64,000 nucleotides of DNA from Candidatus Nealsonbacteria bacterium (GCA_003551845.1 PUNQ01000032.1:23414-87413), one strand, 5' to 3'. Shown: positions 47,427 through 58,013, counted from the stretch's first letter. Numbers and translations are program-made. The notes: a model not told the origin generated them from the sequence alone.

Positions 47427-48786
47427 AAAATTCGCTACGAAATTAAAACCCTTCTTGACCGACAAGACTTTTACCGTCTCCGAATTCATAGATTTTATCA
47501 ACGGATTACTTGAGCCCCTCAAGCTCTGTAAGGTAATGATAAGGGGAGAGATAGGTGAAGACATATATGTTAACGAAAAAAACGGGTGGGTTATATTCAA
47601 TCTGATTGATCAAGAAAAATCCGAATTGGGGTGTTTCGGGTTGTCATACGTGGTTGACAGGATGGGTGTCGAGATAAGACCCGGCCTGGAAGTAAAAATT
47701 ACCGGCTATCCGCAACTGAGAAAAAAGAAGGGAAGATTCAGTTTTCAGGTTGAAAGAATAAATCCGGTAGGTGAGGGTGATTTAAAAAAGCAATTTGAAA
47801 TTTTAAAAAAAAGACTTGATGAAGAAGGATTTTTCGATCCGAAAAAGAAGAAGTCGATTCCTCAACTGATAAAAAGAGTAGGGCTCATTACTTCAAAAGG
47901 AAGTGATGCGGAAAAGGATTTTCTTACTCATCTGAAGGATTACGGATTTGAAGTTTTTAAATATTCGAGCAGGGTGGAGGGAGATGCGGCCGTTGACGGC
48001 ATCACCGAGGGGATAAAAATTCTTAATCGGAATTATTCCGATTTGGAAGCACTCGTTATTACGAGAGGAGGAGGAAGTTGGGAATCTTTACAAGCTTTTA
48101 ACAGTGAGGAGTTGGTCAAGGCCGCCTTTGCCTCCAGAATTCCGGTTATTTCCGCAATCGGTCATGAAAACGACGTTACTCTTCTTGATATGGTAGCGGA
48201 TAAAAGAGTTTCCACCCCGACGGATGCGGGTAAATTTTTATCCGAGTCATGGGAAGAAGCGGAAAGAAGGATTAACGATTCGGAAAAAAACTTATCCGCC
48301 TCAATAAAAAAAATAGTTTCTCAAATGGAAAAAAGATTTCTGGAGCAAGCTGCTTTTTTTGAAAGAAGAATCAAAAGAATATTGTCCGAGAAAGAAAAGG
48401 ATATGAATTACTTTTTAAATGCTTTAACCGATAAGATAGAACGAAAGATAGACAAATTCCATTCTTTGGAGAAAGAGTTCGAATCACAAAGTTACAAAAT
48501 TAAAATCGAAATAAAAAAGAAAAAAGAAAAGGTCATTAATTTTTATAAAGATTTACAAAAAAATAAATTACGCTGGGAGAAGACAATTGAAAAATATCTT
48601 TTAAAGGAGGACGAAAAGTTAAATCTTTCGAGTCCCGATTTAAAACTAAAACAAGGATATTCAATCACCAAACTGCAGGGAAAGATTTTAAAGTCGGTTA
48701 ATGATTTGTCTGCCGGGGAGGTTATCGAAACCACCTTGGTGGATGGAGTTGTCGAATCCCGGGTAAAAGAAAATGAGCAAAAATAA
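47410..48786 (+). CDS. xseA: exodeoxyribonuclease VII large subunit
   Basis: TVSE..GEI, GEGDL, RGGGSWESL..FN, SAIGHE.D, TPT, GYSIT. Confidence 0.95.
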   Translation: MGDYSKKFATKLKPFLTDKTFTVSEFIDFINGLLEPLKLCKVMIRGEIGEDIYVNEKNGWVIFNLIDQEKSELGCFGLSYVVDRMGVEIRPGLEVKITGYPQLRKKKGRFSFQVERINPVGEGDLKKQFEILKKRLDEEGFFDPKKKKSIPQLIKRVGLITSKGSDAEKDFLTHLKDYGFEVFKYSSRVEGDAAVDGITEGIKILNRNYSDLEALVITRGGGSWESLQAFNSEELVKAAFASRIPVISAIGHENDVTLLDMVADKRVSTPTDAGKFLSESWEEAERRINDSEKNLSASIKKIVSQMEKRFLEQAAFFERRIKRILSEKEKDMNYFLNALTDKIERKIDKFHSLEKEFESQSYKIKIEIKKKKEKVINFYKDLQKNKLRWEKTIEKYLLKEDEKLNLSSPDLKLKQGYSITKLQGKILKSVNDLSAGEVIETTLVDGVVESRVKENEQK

Positions 48787-48979
48787 CTTCGATTTCACGA
48801 AAGCGTACAAAGAAATAGAAGAAATAAACGAATGGTTTCAGAAAGAGGAAATAGACCTGGAAGAAGCTTTGGAAAAATATGAACGAGGTATGGAGCTGAT
48901 AAAAAAATGCAGGGAAAGATTGGAAAAGTCAAAAAATAAATTCAAAGAAATAAAAGATAAATATAAAAATGATGAATAA
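48773..48979 (+). CDS. xseB: exodeoxyribonuclease VII small subunit
   Basis: IDLEEALEKYERGMELIKKC; follows xseA. Confidence 0.92.
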   Translation: MSKNNFDFTKAYKEIEEINEWFQKEEIDLEEALEKYERGMELIKKCRERLEKSKNKFKEIKDKYKNDE

Positions 48980-48984
48980 ATAAA

Positions 48985-50076
48985 ATGACTCCGGAAGAAT
49001 CAATAAAAAAATTAAAAGAAGGCAAATCTTCGGATGAACTAAAAGAAGCGAAAAGAGAATTAAAGAGAGCTTTCAAGGATGAAATTGAAAAAAAAGCGGC
49101 TTTCAGAAAAATAGTCAATGATTTGGATCAATTTTCGCTCATTGACCGAGAAAAGAATAAAATAGCTTTTATTTACGGATTAAAATTGGCAGCCGGAGAG
49201 AATGGCAAAGAACACTTTCCCTTGTTCAGTAGATTCATCATAAGCAACATACAGGATGATTCCGGAAATGTTCGCAAGGCAATAATCGAATTGGCCGACT
49301 CGTTGATATCATCCATGCTTTTGAAAAGCGATGAATTGTCTAAAGAGGATAAAGAAATTTTCAGTCGATTTATCGATGAAATACTAATTTTACTTGAAAA
49401 TTATTATGATTCCGAATATGACAAATATGTGAATCTGCAAGACTTACCTCCCTCCAAATATAAAAGTTTGGAGATGCTTCTCGGCAGGATAATGAATCCG
49501 GGCAAAAAAGATTTTTTTTCTTACGACAAAAAGGCGGGAATGCCGGAGTGGATGGATTGCACTTGGCGCAGAAATCCTTGCATGAAAAAAGAGTGCCCCA
49601 TTTGTTCTCGGATTAGAAATATCGAAGAAGCGACGGATCTTTTTGACAGGGGAGAGTTCTTTATCGAAATAGCGGAAGAAGAAGAGGACAAAAGAGAAGA
49701 TCTTCCCGAGCCGGAAGAATTTCCCTTTTATATTGAAGTCAGGGATTGGATCGATCGGGTTGTAGATATTTCCGAAAAATCACGTCAGGGAGGTGAATTT
49801 TGGATATTCACTGAAGAAGCAGCCGATCTTTTTTGGTATATCAACGTTCTCAGCGCCAAGCTTTATCGTCAATTATGTAACAGGTATATGATGGAAAATT
49901 CGGATGATCGTAATTTTATCGATTACAGGTATACCAAATATGTTTTAACGGAATCCATAAAGAAAATTAAAAAAGCGCTAAAAGAGATTTTAAAGTCGAA
50001 ACCCGATCAAAGAGAAGAAATAAATCTCGCTTTTGAAAAAATTGCGGATCTCGAAGAGAGGGTGTTGAACATATAG
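48985..50076 (+). CDS. hypothetical helical protein with Cys cluster
   Basis: 363-aa ORF; DDSGNVRKA HEAT-like segment; CTWRRNPC..ECPIC. Confidence 0.7.
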   Translation: MTPEESIKKLKEGKSSDELKEAKRELKRAFKDEIEKKAAFRKIVNDLDQFSLIDREKNKIAFIYGLKLAAGENGKEHFPLFSRFIISNIQDDSGNVRKAIIELADSLISSMLLKSDELSKEDKEIFSRFIDEILILLENYYDSEYDKYVNLQDLPPSKYKSLEMLLGRIMNPGKKDFFSYDKKAGMPEWMDCTWRRNPCMKKECPICSRIRNIEEATDLFDRGEFFIEIAEEEEDKREDLPEPEEFPFYIEVRDWIDRVVDISEKSRQGGEFWIFTEEAADLFWYINVLSAKLYRQLCNRYMMENSDDRNFIDYRYTKYVLTESIKKIKKALKEILKSKPDQREEINLAFEKIADLEERVLNI

Positions 50077-50117
50077 CTACTCCGTCTTGAACGAGATTAT
50101 TAATTTTCACTAAAAAT

Positions 50118-50627
50118 ATGATTATCAAAGTTAATAAGGACGACGAAAAAATAGGGGAAATTGAAAAAATGAAAGCTCATCAAGAAGGAGTTTTGCACAG
50201 AGCATTTTCTATTTTCATATTGAACGACAAGGGAGAGATGCTTTTACAGAAGCGAGCCGGTGGAAAGTATCACGGTGGAGGGCTTTGGTCCAATACCTGT
50301 TGCAGCCATCCGACAAGGCAAGAGGGCTTGAAAAAGCAAGCGGAAAAAAGACTCAAAGAGGAGGTGGGCTTTACTACGAAAATAAAGAAAATAGGAGAGA
50401 TTAAATATAACTTAAAAGTGGGAAACTTGATTGAACATGAATATGACCATCTATTTATGGGTAATTACAACGGAAAGGTGAACCCCGATCCGAAAGAAGT
50501 TTCGGATTATAAATGGGTTTCTTTAGAAAAATTGGAAAAAGATTTAAAAGAGAATCCGAACATATACACTCCCTGGTTTAAGCTTTTATACTTTGAATTT
50601 TCGAACAGTTTCAAAATCAATGGTTGA
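50118..50627 (+). CDS. idi: isopentenyl-diphosphate delta-isomerase type 1
   Basis: LHRAFSIF, LLQKRA, WSNTCCSHP, EHEYDHLF, TPWF. Confidence 0.94.
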   Translation: MIIKVNKDDEKIGEIEKMKAHQEGVLHRAFSIFILNDKGEMLLQKRAGGKYHGGGLWSNTCCSHPTRQEGLKKQAEKRLKEEVGFTTKIKKIGEIKYNLKVGNLIEHEYDHLFMGNYNGKVNPDPKEVSDYKWVSLEKLEKDLKENPNIYTPWFKLLYFEFSNSFKING

Positions 50628-50684
50628 CATGGTAATTCAGCTTGATAATATTAAAATAAGTATTAGTAATAATTATTAATAATT

Positions 50685-51440
50685 ATGAAAAAAATAATAA
50701 TTATTTCAATAATCGCTATTTTTGTTGCCGGGGTGTTTCTAATTTTGGAAACTCCGGAAGAGATAGAGAACGGAGAAGAGGTATTGCCTGAGAGAGAGGT
50801 GGAATTCGTAGCGGAAGGGGATCAGGAAGCACAAGAAATCAGAGTCTCGGAAGAAGGAGAAGAAGTTTTTTCGATTAACATCGATGAGTTGAATCAATGG
50901 ACAATCGACAACTGGGACTATTTTGATGAACCTCCACAAGTTGCAATGAGGGATGTCGAACCGGGCAGTTTCGGATTTTTTGACAGAGCGGCGAGCATTT
51001 CTCCGGACAATCAAAAATTGATATTTTCAGTTAGTGATTACGCTGCGGCGACCACCACATCGATTTTAATCGTTATCGATTTGGAAACGGAAGAAATGGA
51101 GATGATGGCGACTCCGGCAAGAGGAACGGTTGAAGATTACGTCTGGGACGAAGATTCTTCTCGGGTAGCCTACACACTGGGAACCGCGAGAGCCGCCGGA
51201 GATTTTTTGAGAGTGGATGATTTGAGTGCCATGGATATCGTTTTCGAACTTACCGAAGAAGATCTTTTGGAGATTATCGATCCGGACCAAGAAGTGATTG
51301 AGATGGGGCAATTCATGCCCGTTTTTGATGATCTTAATTGGGAGGCGGAAAGATTAAGCTTTACGACGGAAAGTCTCGATTCCGATGATAGGACTTCTTG
51401 GGTTATCGATCAAGACGGGAATAATTTGGAGCTGGAATAA
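50685..51440 (+). CDS. acidic exported protein with propeller-like repeats
   Basis: Signal/TM, ISPDNQKLIF and WDEDSSRVAY repeats. Confidence 0.7.
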   Translation: MKKIIIISIIAIFVAGVFLILETPEEIENGEEVLPEREVEFVAEGDQEAQEIRVSEEGEEVFSINIDELNQWTIDNWDYFDEPPQVAMRDVEPGSFGFFDRAASISPDNQKLIFSVSDYAAATTTSILIVIDLETEEMEMMATPARGTVEDYVWDEDSSRVAYTLGTARAAGDFLRVDDLSAMDIVFELTEEDLLEIIDPDQEVIEMGQFMPVFDDLNWEAERLSFTTESLDSDDRTSWVIDQDGNNLELE

Positions 51441-51459
51441 AGACGTAAAAGTATTCTTG

Positions 51460-51490
51460 AAGAGCAACCTCTGCGGGTTGCTCTTTTTTT
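51460..51490 (+). terminator. intrinsic terminator
   Basis: AAGAGCAACC..GGTTGCTCTT plus T run. Confidence 0.85.
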
Positions 51491-51541
51491 ACTTTAATTG
51501 AAGTGATATAATTGAATATATCTTTAATTAAAATCGATAAT

Positions 51542-51940
51542 ATGAGTTGGACTATTTACCTTACGGCAATATCCATTTTTTTACTCATTGATGCTTTTTG
51601 GCTCGGCTTTATAGCAAAGAGGTTTTATAGAAAAGAAATAGGATTCTTGCTGAGTTCGAACGTAAATTGGGTAGCTGCCGGACTATTCTACATTCTTTTT
51701 GTTTTCGGGCTCGTTTTTTTTGTGATAGAGCCGGCAATAAAAGGTGGAGCATGGATTGATGCTCTGTTTTCGGGTTCACTTTTCGGGTTGATAGCTTACG
51801 CAACTTATGATTTAACCAACCTGGCAACGATTGAGGGTTGGCCCTTGAAAGTTACCATAATCGATCTTATTTGGGGGGTTTTTATCGGTGGAAGCGTTTC
51901 CACAATCACTTACCTGGTGGCAATAGAATTAATAATATGA
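51542..51940 (+). CDS. DUF2177 family membrane protein
   Basis: IDAFWLG, YATYDLTNLAT..W..DLIWG. Confidence 0.88.
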   Translation: MSWTIYLTAISIFLLIDAFWLGFIAKRFYRKEIGFLLSSNVNWVAAGLFYILFVFGLVFFVIEPAIKGGAWIDALFSGSLFGLIAYATYDLTNLATIEGWPLKVTIIDLIWGVFIGGSVSTITYLVAIELII

Positions 51941-52707
51941 ACTATTTTATCCTTTTGGCTATCATCCTGCTCATCTACATGAGTTTTTGGTTTATCGTTT
52001 CCCTGATTAAAAAGAGGAATGATTTGGCGGATACTGCCTGGGGGCTGGGATTTGTTCTTTTGGCGCTTGTTTCTTTTTATATCAATTATCAAAATTATGG
52101 ATTTTCTCCAAGGCCGATTTTAGTCACGGGAATGATTGTTTTGTGGGGTATTAGGCTCGCTTTGCATATCCATTTTAGAAACAGGGGAGGTGAGGAGGAT
52201 TACAGATATAAAAAGTGGAGAGAAGAATGGAAGTATTTTAAAATAAGATCCTTCTTTCAGGTTTATCTATTGCAGGGATTTTTGCTTTTTATCATCTCCT
52301 TGCCGGTCTTAATGATTAACCGAGTTCCCGCTTCAAATCTGCAAATAATTGATTTTATCGGTCTTTCGGTTTGGATAATCGGATTTTTATTTGAAGTGAT
52401 AGGAGATTATCAGTTAAAGAAATTCATAGAAGATCCGGAGAAGGAAGGAATAATGCAGTCGGGTCTTTGGAAATGGAGCAGGCATCCGAATTATTTCGGA
52501 GAAGTTGTCGGGTGGTGGGGCATTTGGATAATATCTTTGTCCGGAACGTCTTCTTTTCTCGGGATAGTCGCTCCGCTGACGATCACTTTTCTAATTTTAA
52601 AGGTGTCGGGAATTCCTCCGTTGGAGAAAAGAATGTCCGGAAAGCCGGGTTTTGAGGATTACAGAAAGAAAACGAGCCTATTTTTTCCACTCCCTCCCAA
52701 AAAATAG
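51937..52707 (+). CDS. DUF1295 family membrane protein (steroid 5-alpha-reductase-like)
   Basis: DTAWG, EDYRY, GLWKWSRHPNYFGE, SGIPPLE. Confidence 0.9.
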   Translation: MNYFILLAIILLIYMSFWFIVSLIKKRNDLADTAWGLGFVLLALVSFYINYQNYGFSPRPILVTGMIVLWGIRLALHIHFRNRGGEEDYRYKKWREEWKYFKIRSFFQVYLLQGFLLFIISLPVLMINRVPASNLQIIDFIGLSVWIIGFLFEVIGDYQLKKFIEDPEKEGIMQSGLWKWSRHPNYFGEVVGWWGIWIISLSGTSSFLGIVAPLTITFLILKVSGIPPLEKRMSGKPGFEDYRKKTSLFFPLPPKK

Positions 52708-52780
52708 TGCTTTCTCGAGACTATTTATCGGCTTTCCTTTTTATGTTATGGTTATAAACAGTCTATTTTAATCACATACC

Positions 52781-53539
52781 ATGAGAGCGAGCCCGGAAAA
52801 TATTTTACTTGTCTATTTTATCTTCACCATTGTCGGATGGTTTTTGGAACTCTGTTACAGGTCTTTGAAAGCCAAAAAAGTAACCAATCCCGGGTTTTTA
52901 AGCGGTCCCTACCTTCCCATACACGGCTTCGGTGGTCTCGTTGCTTATTTTATTTCAGTCTATTCGGAGGAATTATCCCTGATTGGCTCCGCCCTCTTTT
53001 TTTTATTCGCCATTTTTCTCTTGGAATTTTCTACGGGAATCTTTTTCAAGAAAATCTTCAAAATAAGACTTTGGGATTATTCGGACAGAAGACTCAATAT
53101 TAACGGGTATGTTTGTCCGACATTTCTATTTTATTGGCTGCTTTTGGGAGCACTTTTCAGATATTTTCTTTTTCCTTATTTTGATTACTTGATTCGGGAA
53201 ATTGCACTTTCGGGAACACAGATATTTTTTCTGGGATTCTTTTACGGTATTTTTTTGATAGACACGATACAATCTTTCGATTTGGCATATAAAGTTAGAG
53301 AAACGATGAATCAATTCAGCCAAGATCATATCTCCGGAAGAGTTTTCGCTTTGAAAAATTTGTATGGAGAAGTAAACTTCAAATTGAATGAAAAAATTAA
53401 TTTATCCAAAAAAGCGACGGGAATCAAGCAGGTAGTCCTTTATTTTGTTAATTATTTCAGATTAGCCGGCGGAGTCAGAAAAGAATTGGAAGAAACCGTT
53501 AGAAGGAAAATCAGGAATGTGTCGAATAATAAAGATTAA
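52781..53539 (+). CDS. putative ABC transporter permease family (DUF1113-like) membrane protein
   Basis: GWFLE..GFLSGPYLPIHG, LWDYS..NINGYVC. Confidence 0.8.
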   Translation: MRASPENILLVYFIFTIVGWFLELCYRSLKAKKVTNPGFLSGPYLPIHGFGGLVAYFISVYSEELSLIGSALFFLFAIFLLEFSTGIFFKKIFKIRLWDYSDRRLNINGYVCPTFLFYWLLLGALFRYFLFPYFDYLIREIALSGTQIFFLGFFYGIFLIDTIQSFDLAYKVRETMNQFSQDHISGRVFALKNLYGEVNFKLNEKINLSKKATGIKQVVLYFVNYFRLAGGVRKELEETVRRKIRNVSNNKD

Positions 53540-53559
53540 TAAATATTAAAATTAAATTA

Positions 53560-54111
53560 ATGTGGACTAAAAAAGAACAGCAAGCATTGGAGTTTTCCTT
53601 TCAGGCGCATAAAGGGCAAAAACGAAAAGGGTCCGGTGTGGATTATATTGCTCATCCGATGACGGTGGCCCTTATTTTGGCCAAAATCGGAGTTGAAGAA
53701 GAAGTTTTGATTGCCGGTATCTTACACGACATCATTGAAGACACGGATTTCGAGAAAAAAGATATAAAAGAGCAATTCGGTCCGGTTGTCGCTAAGCTGG
53801 TGGAAGAAGTTTCGGAAGACAAAAAACTGCCTTATGAAACCAGAAAAAGGATGGCCTTTGAGAAAATTTCCAAAATAAGTCGAGAGGCGACCTTGATTAA
53901 AGCTGCCGATACTTTAGCTAATCTTACCGATCTGACTCGGCATTTGAGCAAAGAAGGGGAAGAGGCTTTCGATATTTTCAATACCGACAAAGGGAGAAAA
54001 ATAGAGCAAATTAAAAAAAACGTATCGGAAATAAAAAAAAGAATTAAAAATGAAGACTTGAGGGCAAAGCTGACAAAAAGACTTGAAGAGATAAAAGAAT
54101 ATGAAGATTAA
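53560..54111 (+). CDS. HD domain protein, small alarmone hydrolase (Mesh1/SpoT-HD-like)
   Basis: HKGQKRK..YIAHP, LHDIIEDT, KAADTLAN. Confidence 0.85.
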   Translation: MWTKKEQQALEFSFQAHKGQKRKGSGVDYIAHPMTVALILAKIGVEEEVLIAGILHDIIEDTDFEKKDIKEQFGPVVAKLVEEVSEDKKLPYETRKRMAFEKISKISREATLIKAADTLANLTDLTRHLSKEGEEAFDIFNTDKGRKIEQIKKNVSEIKKRIKNEDLRAKLTKRLEEIKEYED

Positions 54112-56008
54112 TTATGAAAAATTATTGAACTCCGAACAGCTGGAAGTCGTTGAAAACGGTGAGGGGTACTGTTTGGTTCTGAGTGGGCCGGGGTCCGGGA
54201 AAACGAGGACATTGACATTCAGGGTGGCCTACCTTTTGGAGAAAGGAATCGATCCGGAAAGGATATTGCTTTTGACCTTTACCAAAAAAGCGGCTAAAGA
54301 GATGTTGAGAAGAATCAGGGGGCTGGTCGGTCACGAAGCCGACAGAGTTTTAGGAGGAACTTTTCACCACGTGGGGAATTTTTATTTAAGAAAATATTCC
54401 GATCTCTTGGGATATGAAAGACACTATACGATCCTGGATCAAGAGGACAGTAAAAACGTTATCCAGCTGGCTATTGAAGAAATGGAAGAGGTAAAAAGCT
54501 TGCCGAAAGCCAAGTCAATTCAAAAATTTATCTCTTTAGCCGTCAATTCCAACAAGTCACTTTCCGAAACGATTGATGATGAAAAAATTCCCGCAAACAA
54601 GCTTGATTATCTCGAAGAGGTCAAGAGAATATATGAAAAAAGGAAGAAGGAAAAGAATATGATGGATTACGATGATTTGTTGATAAATTGGTTAAAGCTC
54701 TTGAAAAAAAGCGATCTTAAGGACGAAATTGCCGACAGGTTTAAGTATATTTTAGTCGACGAGTATCAAGACACCAATGTTATTCAGGATAAAATTTTGG
54801 GAAAACTGTCTTCAAAGCATGAAAATTTGATGGTTGTCGGCGATGACTCGCAAAGTATTTATTCTTTCAGGGCGGCAGAAATTAAAAATATATTGAATTT
54901 TACGGAAAAATATCCGGCAAAAATTTTTAAACTTGAAACCAATTATAGAAGCACTCCGGAAATATTGAAGTTGGCCAACTGCATAATCAAAAATAATAAT
55001 TCAAAACTAAATAAAAGTCTTAAAAGTGTCAAAAAGGAAGGTGCGAAGCCGGTAATAGCTTGCTTGACCTCGCCGAGAGAGCAATCCCGTTTCATAGTCA
55101 GGACTCTCGAAGAAAAGAAGATTTCCGAAAGTGCGGTTTTGTTTCGAGCTCATTACCATGCGGCGGGATTGGAATTGGAGCTGGCCAAAGAAGGAATTCC
55201 CTATGTAGTAAGGGGAGGGACTCGATTTTTTGAAAAAGCACATATAAAAGATGTTTCTTCATTTTTGAAGCTTTTAATCAATCCCAAAGATGAGTCTTCC
55301 TGGATTAGAGTTTTAAAAATGCAGGAAGGAATAGGAGATGCTTACGCTCAAAGGATGACTAAAAAAGTGACTCTCCAACCGGAAATAACTTTTAAAAACA
55401 AGGATTTCGGAGATCAATTTCCGGAAAAGGTGGCAACCGGAATCGAAGAGATATTGAATTTAATCGAAGCGATAAAGAAGATTGACGAACCGGAAAAAAA
55501 GATAGAATACTTTTTGGAAAATTGGTACTTCGAAAAAGCCGAGGAAGGATTTGATAACCCGGAAGAGAGAAAAGAGGACTTGACTCAACTCATCTCCTTA
55601 TCCAAAGAATATGACGATTTGGAGAGCATGTTGTCCGATTTCGCTTTAAATGAGGATTTTGAAGTGAGTGAGAGCAATTTTCAAGGAGCACTAACCCTGA
55701 GCACCATTCATCAAGCAAAGGGATTGGAGTGGAAAAATGTTTTTATAATCGGGTTGAAAGAAGGGAAATTCCCCCACAAAAAAGCTCTCGATGAAGACTT
55801 GATCGAAGAAGAGCGTCGTCTATTCTATGTGGCCGTTACCAGATGTAAAACCGATCTTTATTTGACTTATCCTCTTTTTGAAAAGAACGGCTCAACGAAT
55901 CCCTCCAGATTTTTACGGGAAGTTGAAGATTATTCGATAGAGGAATGGGAAAGTGACGACGAAGAAGAGATTGAACTTATCGATGAGGACGACTTTGACT
56001 TTTTTTAA
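54101..56008 (+). CDS. UvrD/PcrA family ATP-dependent DNA helicase
   Basis: GPGSGKT, VDEYQDTN, VGDDSQSIYSFRAA, TIHQAKGLEW, EERRLFYVAVTR. Confidence 0.95.
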   Translation: MKINYEKLLNSEQLEVVENGEGYCLVLSGPGSGKTRTLTFRVAYLLEKGIDPERILLLTFTKKAAKEMLRRIRGLVGHEADRVLGGTFHHVGNFYLRKYSDLLGYERHYTILDQEDSKNVIQLAIEEMEEVKSLPKAKSIQKFISLAVNSNKSLSETIDDEKIPANKLDYLEEVKRIYEKRKKEKNMMDYDDLLINWLKLLKKSDLKDEIADRFKYILVDEYQDTNVIQDKILGKLSSKHENLMVVGDDSQSIYSFRAAEIKNILNFTEKYPAKIFKLETNYRSTPEILKLANCIIKNNNSKLNKSLKSVKKEGAKPVIACLTSPREQSRFIVRTLEEKKISESAVLFRAHYHAAGLELELAKEGIPYVVRGGTRFFEKAHIKDVSSFLKLLINPKDESSWIRVLKMQEGIGDAYAQRMTKKVTLQPEITFKNKDFGDQFPEKVATGIEEILNLIEAIKKIDEPEKKIEYFLENWYFEKAEEGFDNPEERKEDLTQLISLSKEYDDLESMLSDFALNEDFEVSESNFQGALTLSTIHQAKGLEWKNVFIIGLKEGKFPHKKALDEDLIEEERRLFYVAVTRCKTDLYLTYPLFEKNGSTNPSRFLREVEDYSIEEWESDDEEEIELIDEDDFDFF

Positions 56009-56023
56009 ATAATTTCAAAATTC

Positions 56024-56260
56024 ATGATTGAGAATAAGAAATTAATAAGAGTAAAAGTAAAAACGGGACAAAAAAAGGAAAAAGTAACTCGGAAAAGCGA
56101 TCAATTAATTTTAAAATTAAAAGAAGAAGCAAAGAGAGGGGAGGCGAATCGTCGCATCTTTAAAATTCTTTCTTTGATTTTTCCGGAAAAACGTATAGAA
56201 TTAGTCAAAGGTTCGAAAAGTAAAAATAAAATTTTTAAAATCTATGACAAAAAGAATTGA
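56024..56260 (+). CDS. DUF167 (YggU-like) protein
   Basis: RVKVK..GEAN..ELVKGSKSKNK. Confidence 0.75.
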   Translation: MIENKKLIRVKVKTGQKKEKVTRKSDQLILKLKEEAKRGEANRRIFKILSLIFPEKRIELVKGSKSKNKIFKIYDKKN

Positions 56261-56522
56261 AAAACCGTTTTTAGTGGTAGTTATGATTGTCTCGATGATC
56301 GCAGCCGGGCTTCATTTCATCAGATTGAGCTTGGGCTGGGACTTCATAATTCACGACTGGGACGTTCCCACTTTGGTGAGCAGTTTCATAATCGTGATTA
56401 CCATATTTATTACTTACTGGGCGTGGATAATTTTAACTTATGAAGAAAGTGAAAAGAGTGATAAGAAGAAAAGTGAAAAAGAAGAATTCCCTGAAGAAGG
56501 AGATGAAAATTTTGATGGCTGA
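56244..56522 (+). CDS. small 2-TM membrane protein
   Basis: LHFIRL..GW..W.VP pattern, two hydrophobic helices. Confidence 0.7.
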   Translation: MTKRIEKPFLVVVMIVSMIAAGLHFIRLSLGWDFIIHDWDVPTLVSSFIIVITIFITYWAWIILTYEESEKSDKKKSEKEEFPEEGDENFDG

Positions 56523-57270
56523 ACTGAAGAGCCAAGAGGAAATCTTCAGTAATATTAATTCGATTCTGATAAAGCCGAACTTCAACACCGCCGATCCGTT
56601 TCCATCTTCAACGGATACGGAATTTCTTACAGCTGTAGTTGATTTTTTTGAGGATAAAAAAGTTAAAAAAATAATAATCGGAGAATCTTCAACTTTTTAC
56701 AAGAGCACTGAAAAAGTTATCGAGCGAAAAAATCTTGACTTTTTAAGAAACGAGAGAAGGGTTGAAATTATTAATTTTAATCGAGTGGAACGAGTTGAGG
56801 TTCGAATTCCGGACGGTAAATATCTTCAATCGGTTTCGATTCCGAAGGTTGTTGGAGAAACTGATATGTTGGTTTATTTGCCCTGCTTGAAAACTCATTT
56901 TCTATCGGGTTTCAGCGCATCCTTGAAGCTTTCGGTCGGATTTTTAAATAGGAAAGAAAAGCTTTTTCTGCATGCCGGAAATCTTGAAGAAAAAATTGTC
57001 GAATTGAATAAGATTTTAACTCCCGATTTGATAATTGCCGATGGAAGAAAATGCTTTATAACCGGAGGCCCGGTAAAAGGAAAAGTTGAAGCCCCGGGAA
57101 TTTTGCTCGCTTCCACGGATTCGGTGGCGATGGACTTGGAAGCGGTTAAGACGATAATGAAATTTCCGGACAATGATTTGGAAGGAAAAGACCCCGGTGA
57201 ACTGATTCAAATCAAAAGAGCCGGCGAACTCGGCTTGGGGGCGATTAACTATCAACTCATCGATGTCTGA
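56440..57270 (+). CDS. DUF362 domain protein
   Basis: ILIKPN, IGES, LPCLKTH, STDSVAMD; start uncertain (56440/56503/56515). Confidence 0.85.
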   Translation: MKKVKRVIRRKVKKKNSLKKEMKILMAELKSQEEIFSNINSILIKPNFNTADPFPSSTDTEFLTAVVDFFEDKKVKKIIIGESSTFYKSTEKVIERKNLDFLRNERRVEIINFNRVERVEVRIPDGKYLQSVSIPKVVGETDMLVYLPCLKTHFLSGFSASLKLSVGFLNRKEKLFLHAGNLEEKIVELNKILTPDLIIADGRKCFITGGPVKGKVEAPGILLASTDSVAMDLEAVKTIMKFPDNDLEGKDPGELIQIKRAGELGLGAINYQLIDV

Positions 57271-57934
57271 GAAATTAAATATATACGTGTCGCCTCATCC
57301 GGATGATGCAGTTTTGTCATGCGGAGGTAGGATCTTGAAAGAAAAAGAAAGCGGTGTGAAGCAGGTGGTAATCAATGTATTTTCAGGATATTACGACGGG
57401 TTGACCCGATGGGATAAAAAGTGCGGATTAATAAAAAAGCCGATGGAGACGAGGATAGCTGAAGATAAAAAAATTTTATCCGGCATGGGAGTGGAAGCGA
57501 TATATCTTGATTTTTATGACCGAGCGGTTTACAGAGATATAATGAAGAGGCCCAGGCCCAAAAGAGAAAGAAAAGAGATAAGGAAGCTACTTTTTAAGAC
57601 CATTGATCAATTTTCGGGAAAAAAAAGCATCTTTTTTCCGGGAGGAATAGCTCATAAAGATCATAAACTTTTAAGAAAAATCGGCCTGCAAGAAGGAAGA
57701 GAAGAGATATGCTTTTACGAAGACATTCCTTATGCTTTGAAAAACAGATTTTTGACAAATAATCGTTATCGAATTGGAAAAAGGATTGATCGAAAAATAG
57801 AGATGATCACCTCTTATCAAAGTCAGATGGAGGGGCTTCTCGGACTGATGAAGATCTCGACAGCGGAAGAATTTATGATTAAGCTGAAAATGCTTCATTT
57901 TGAAGACGGTGATTATTACGAAAGATTCATTTGA
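57263..57934 (+). CDS. PIG-L family deacetylase
   Basis: SPHPDDAVLSCGG, R..ED, HKDH, YEDIPY, YQSQ. Confidence 0.88.
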   Translation: MSEKLNIYVSPHPDDAVLSCGGRILKEKESGVKQVVINVFSGYYDGLTRWDKKCGLIKKPMETRIAEDKKILSGMGVEAIYLDFYDRAVYRDIMKRPRPKRERKEIRKLLFKTIDQFSGKKSIFFPGGIAHKDHKLLRKIGLQEGREEICFYEDIPYALKNRFLTNNRYRIGKRIDRKIEMITSYQSQMEGLLGLMKISTAEEFMIKLKMLHFEDGDYYERFI

Positions 57935-58013
57935 AAATTTGATTGATATAAGATATAGTTAAAGTCAGTATTCCCGAAAGGGAAAGATTACAAGTTATAA
58001 GTTAAAAATATAA

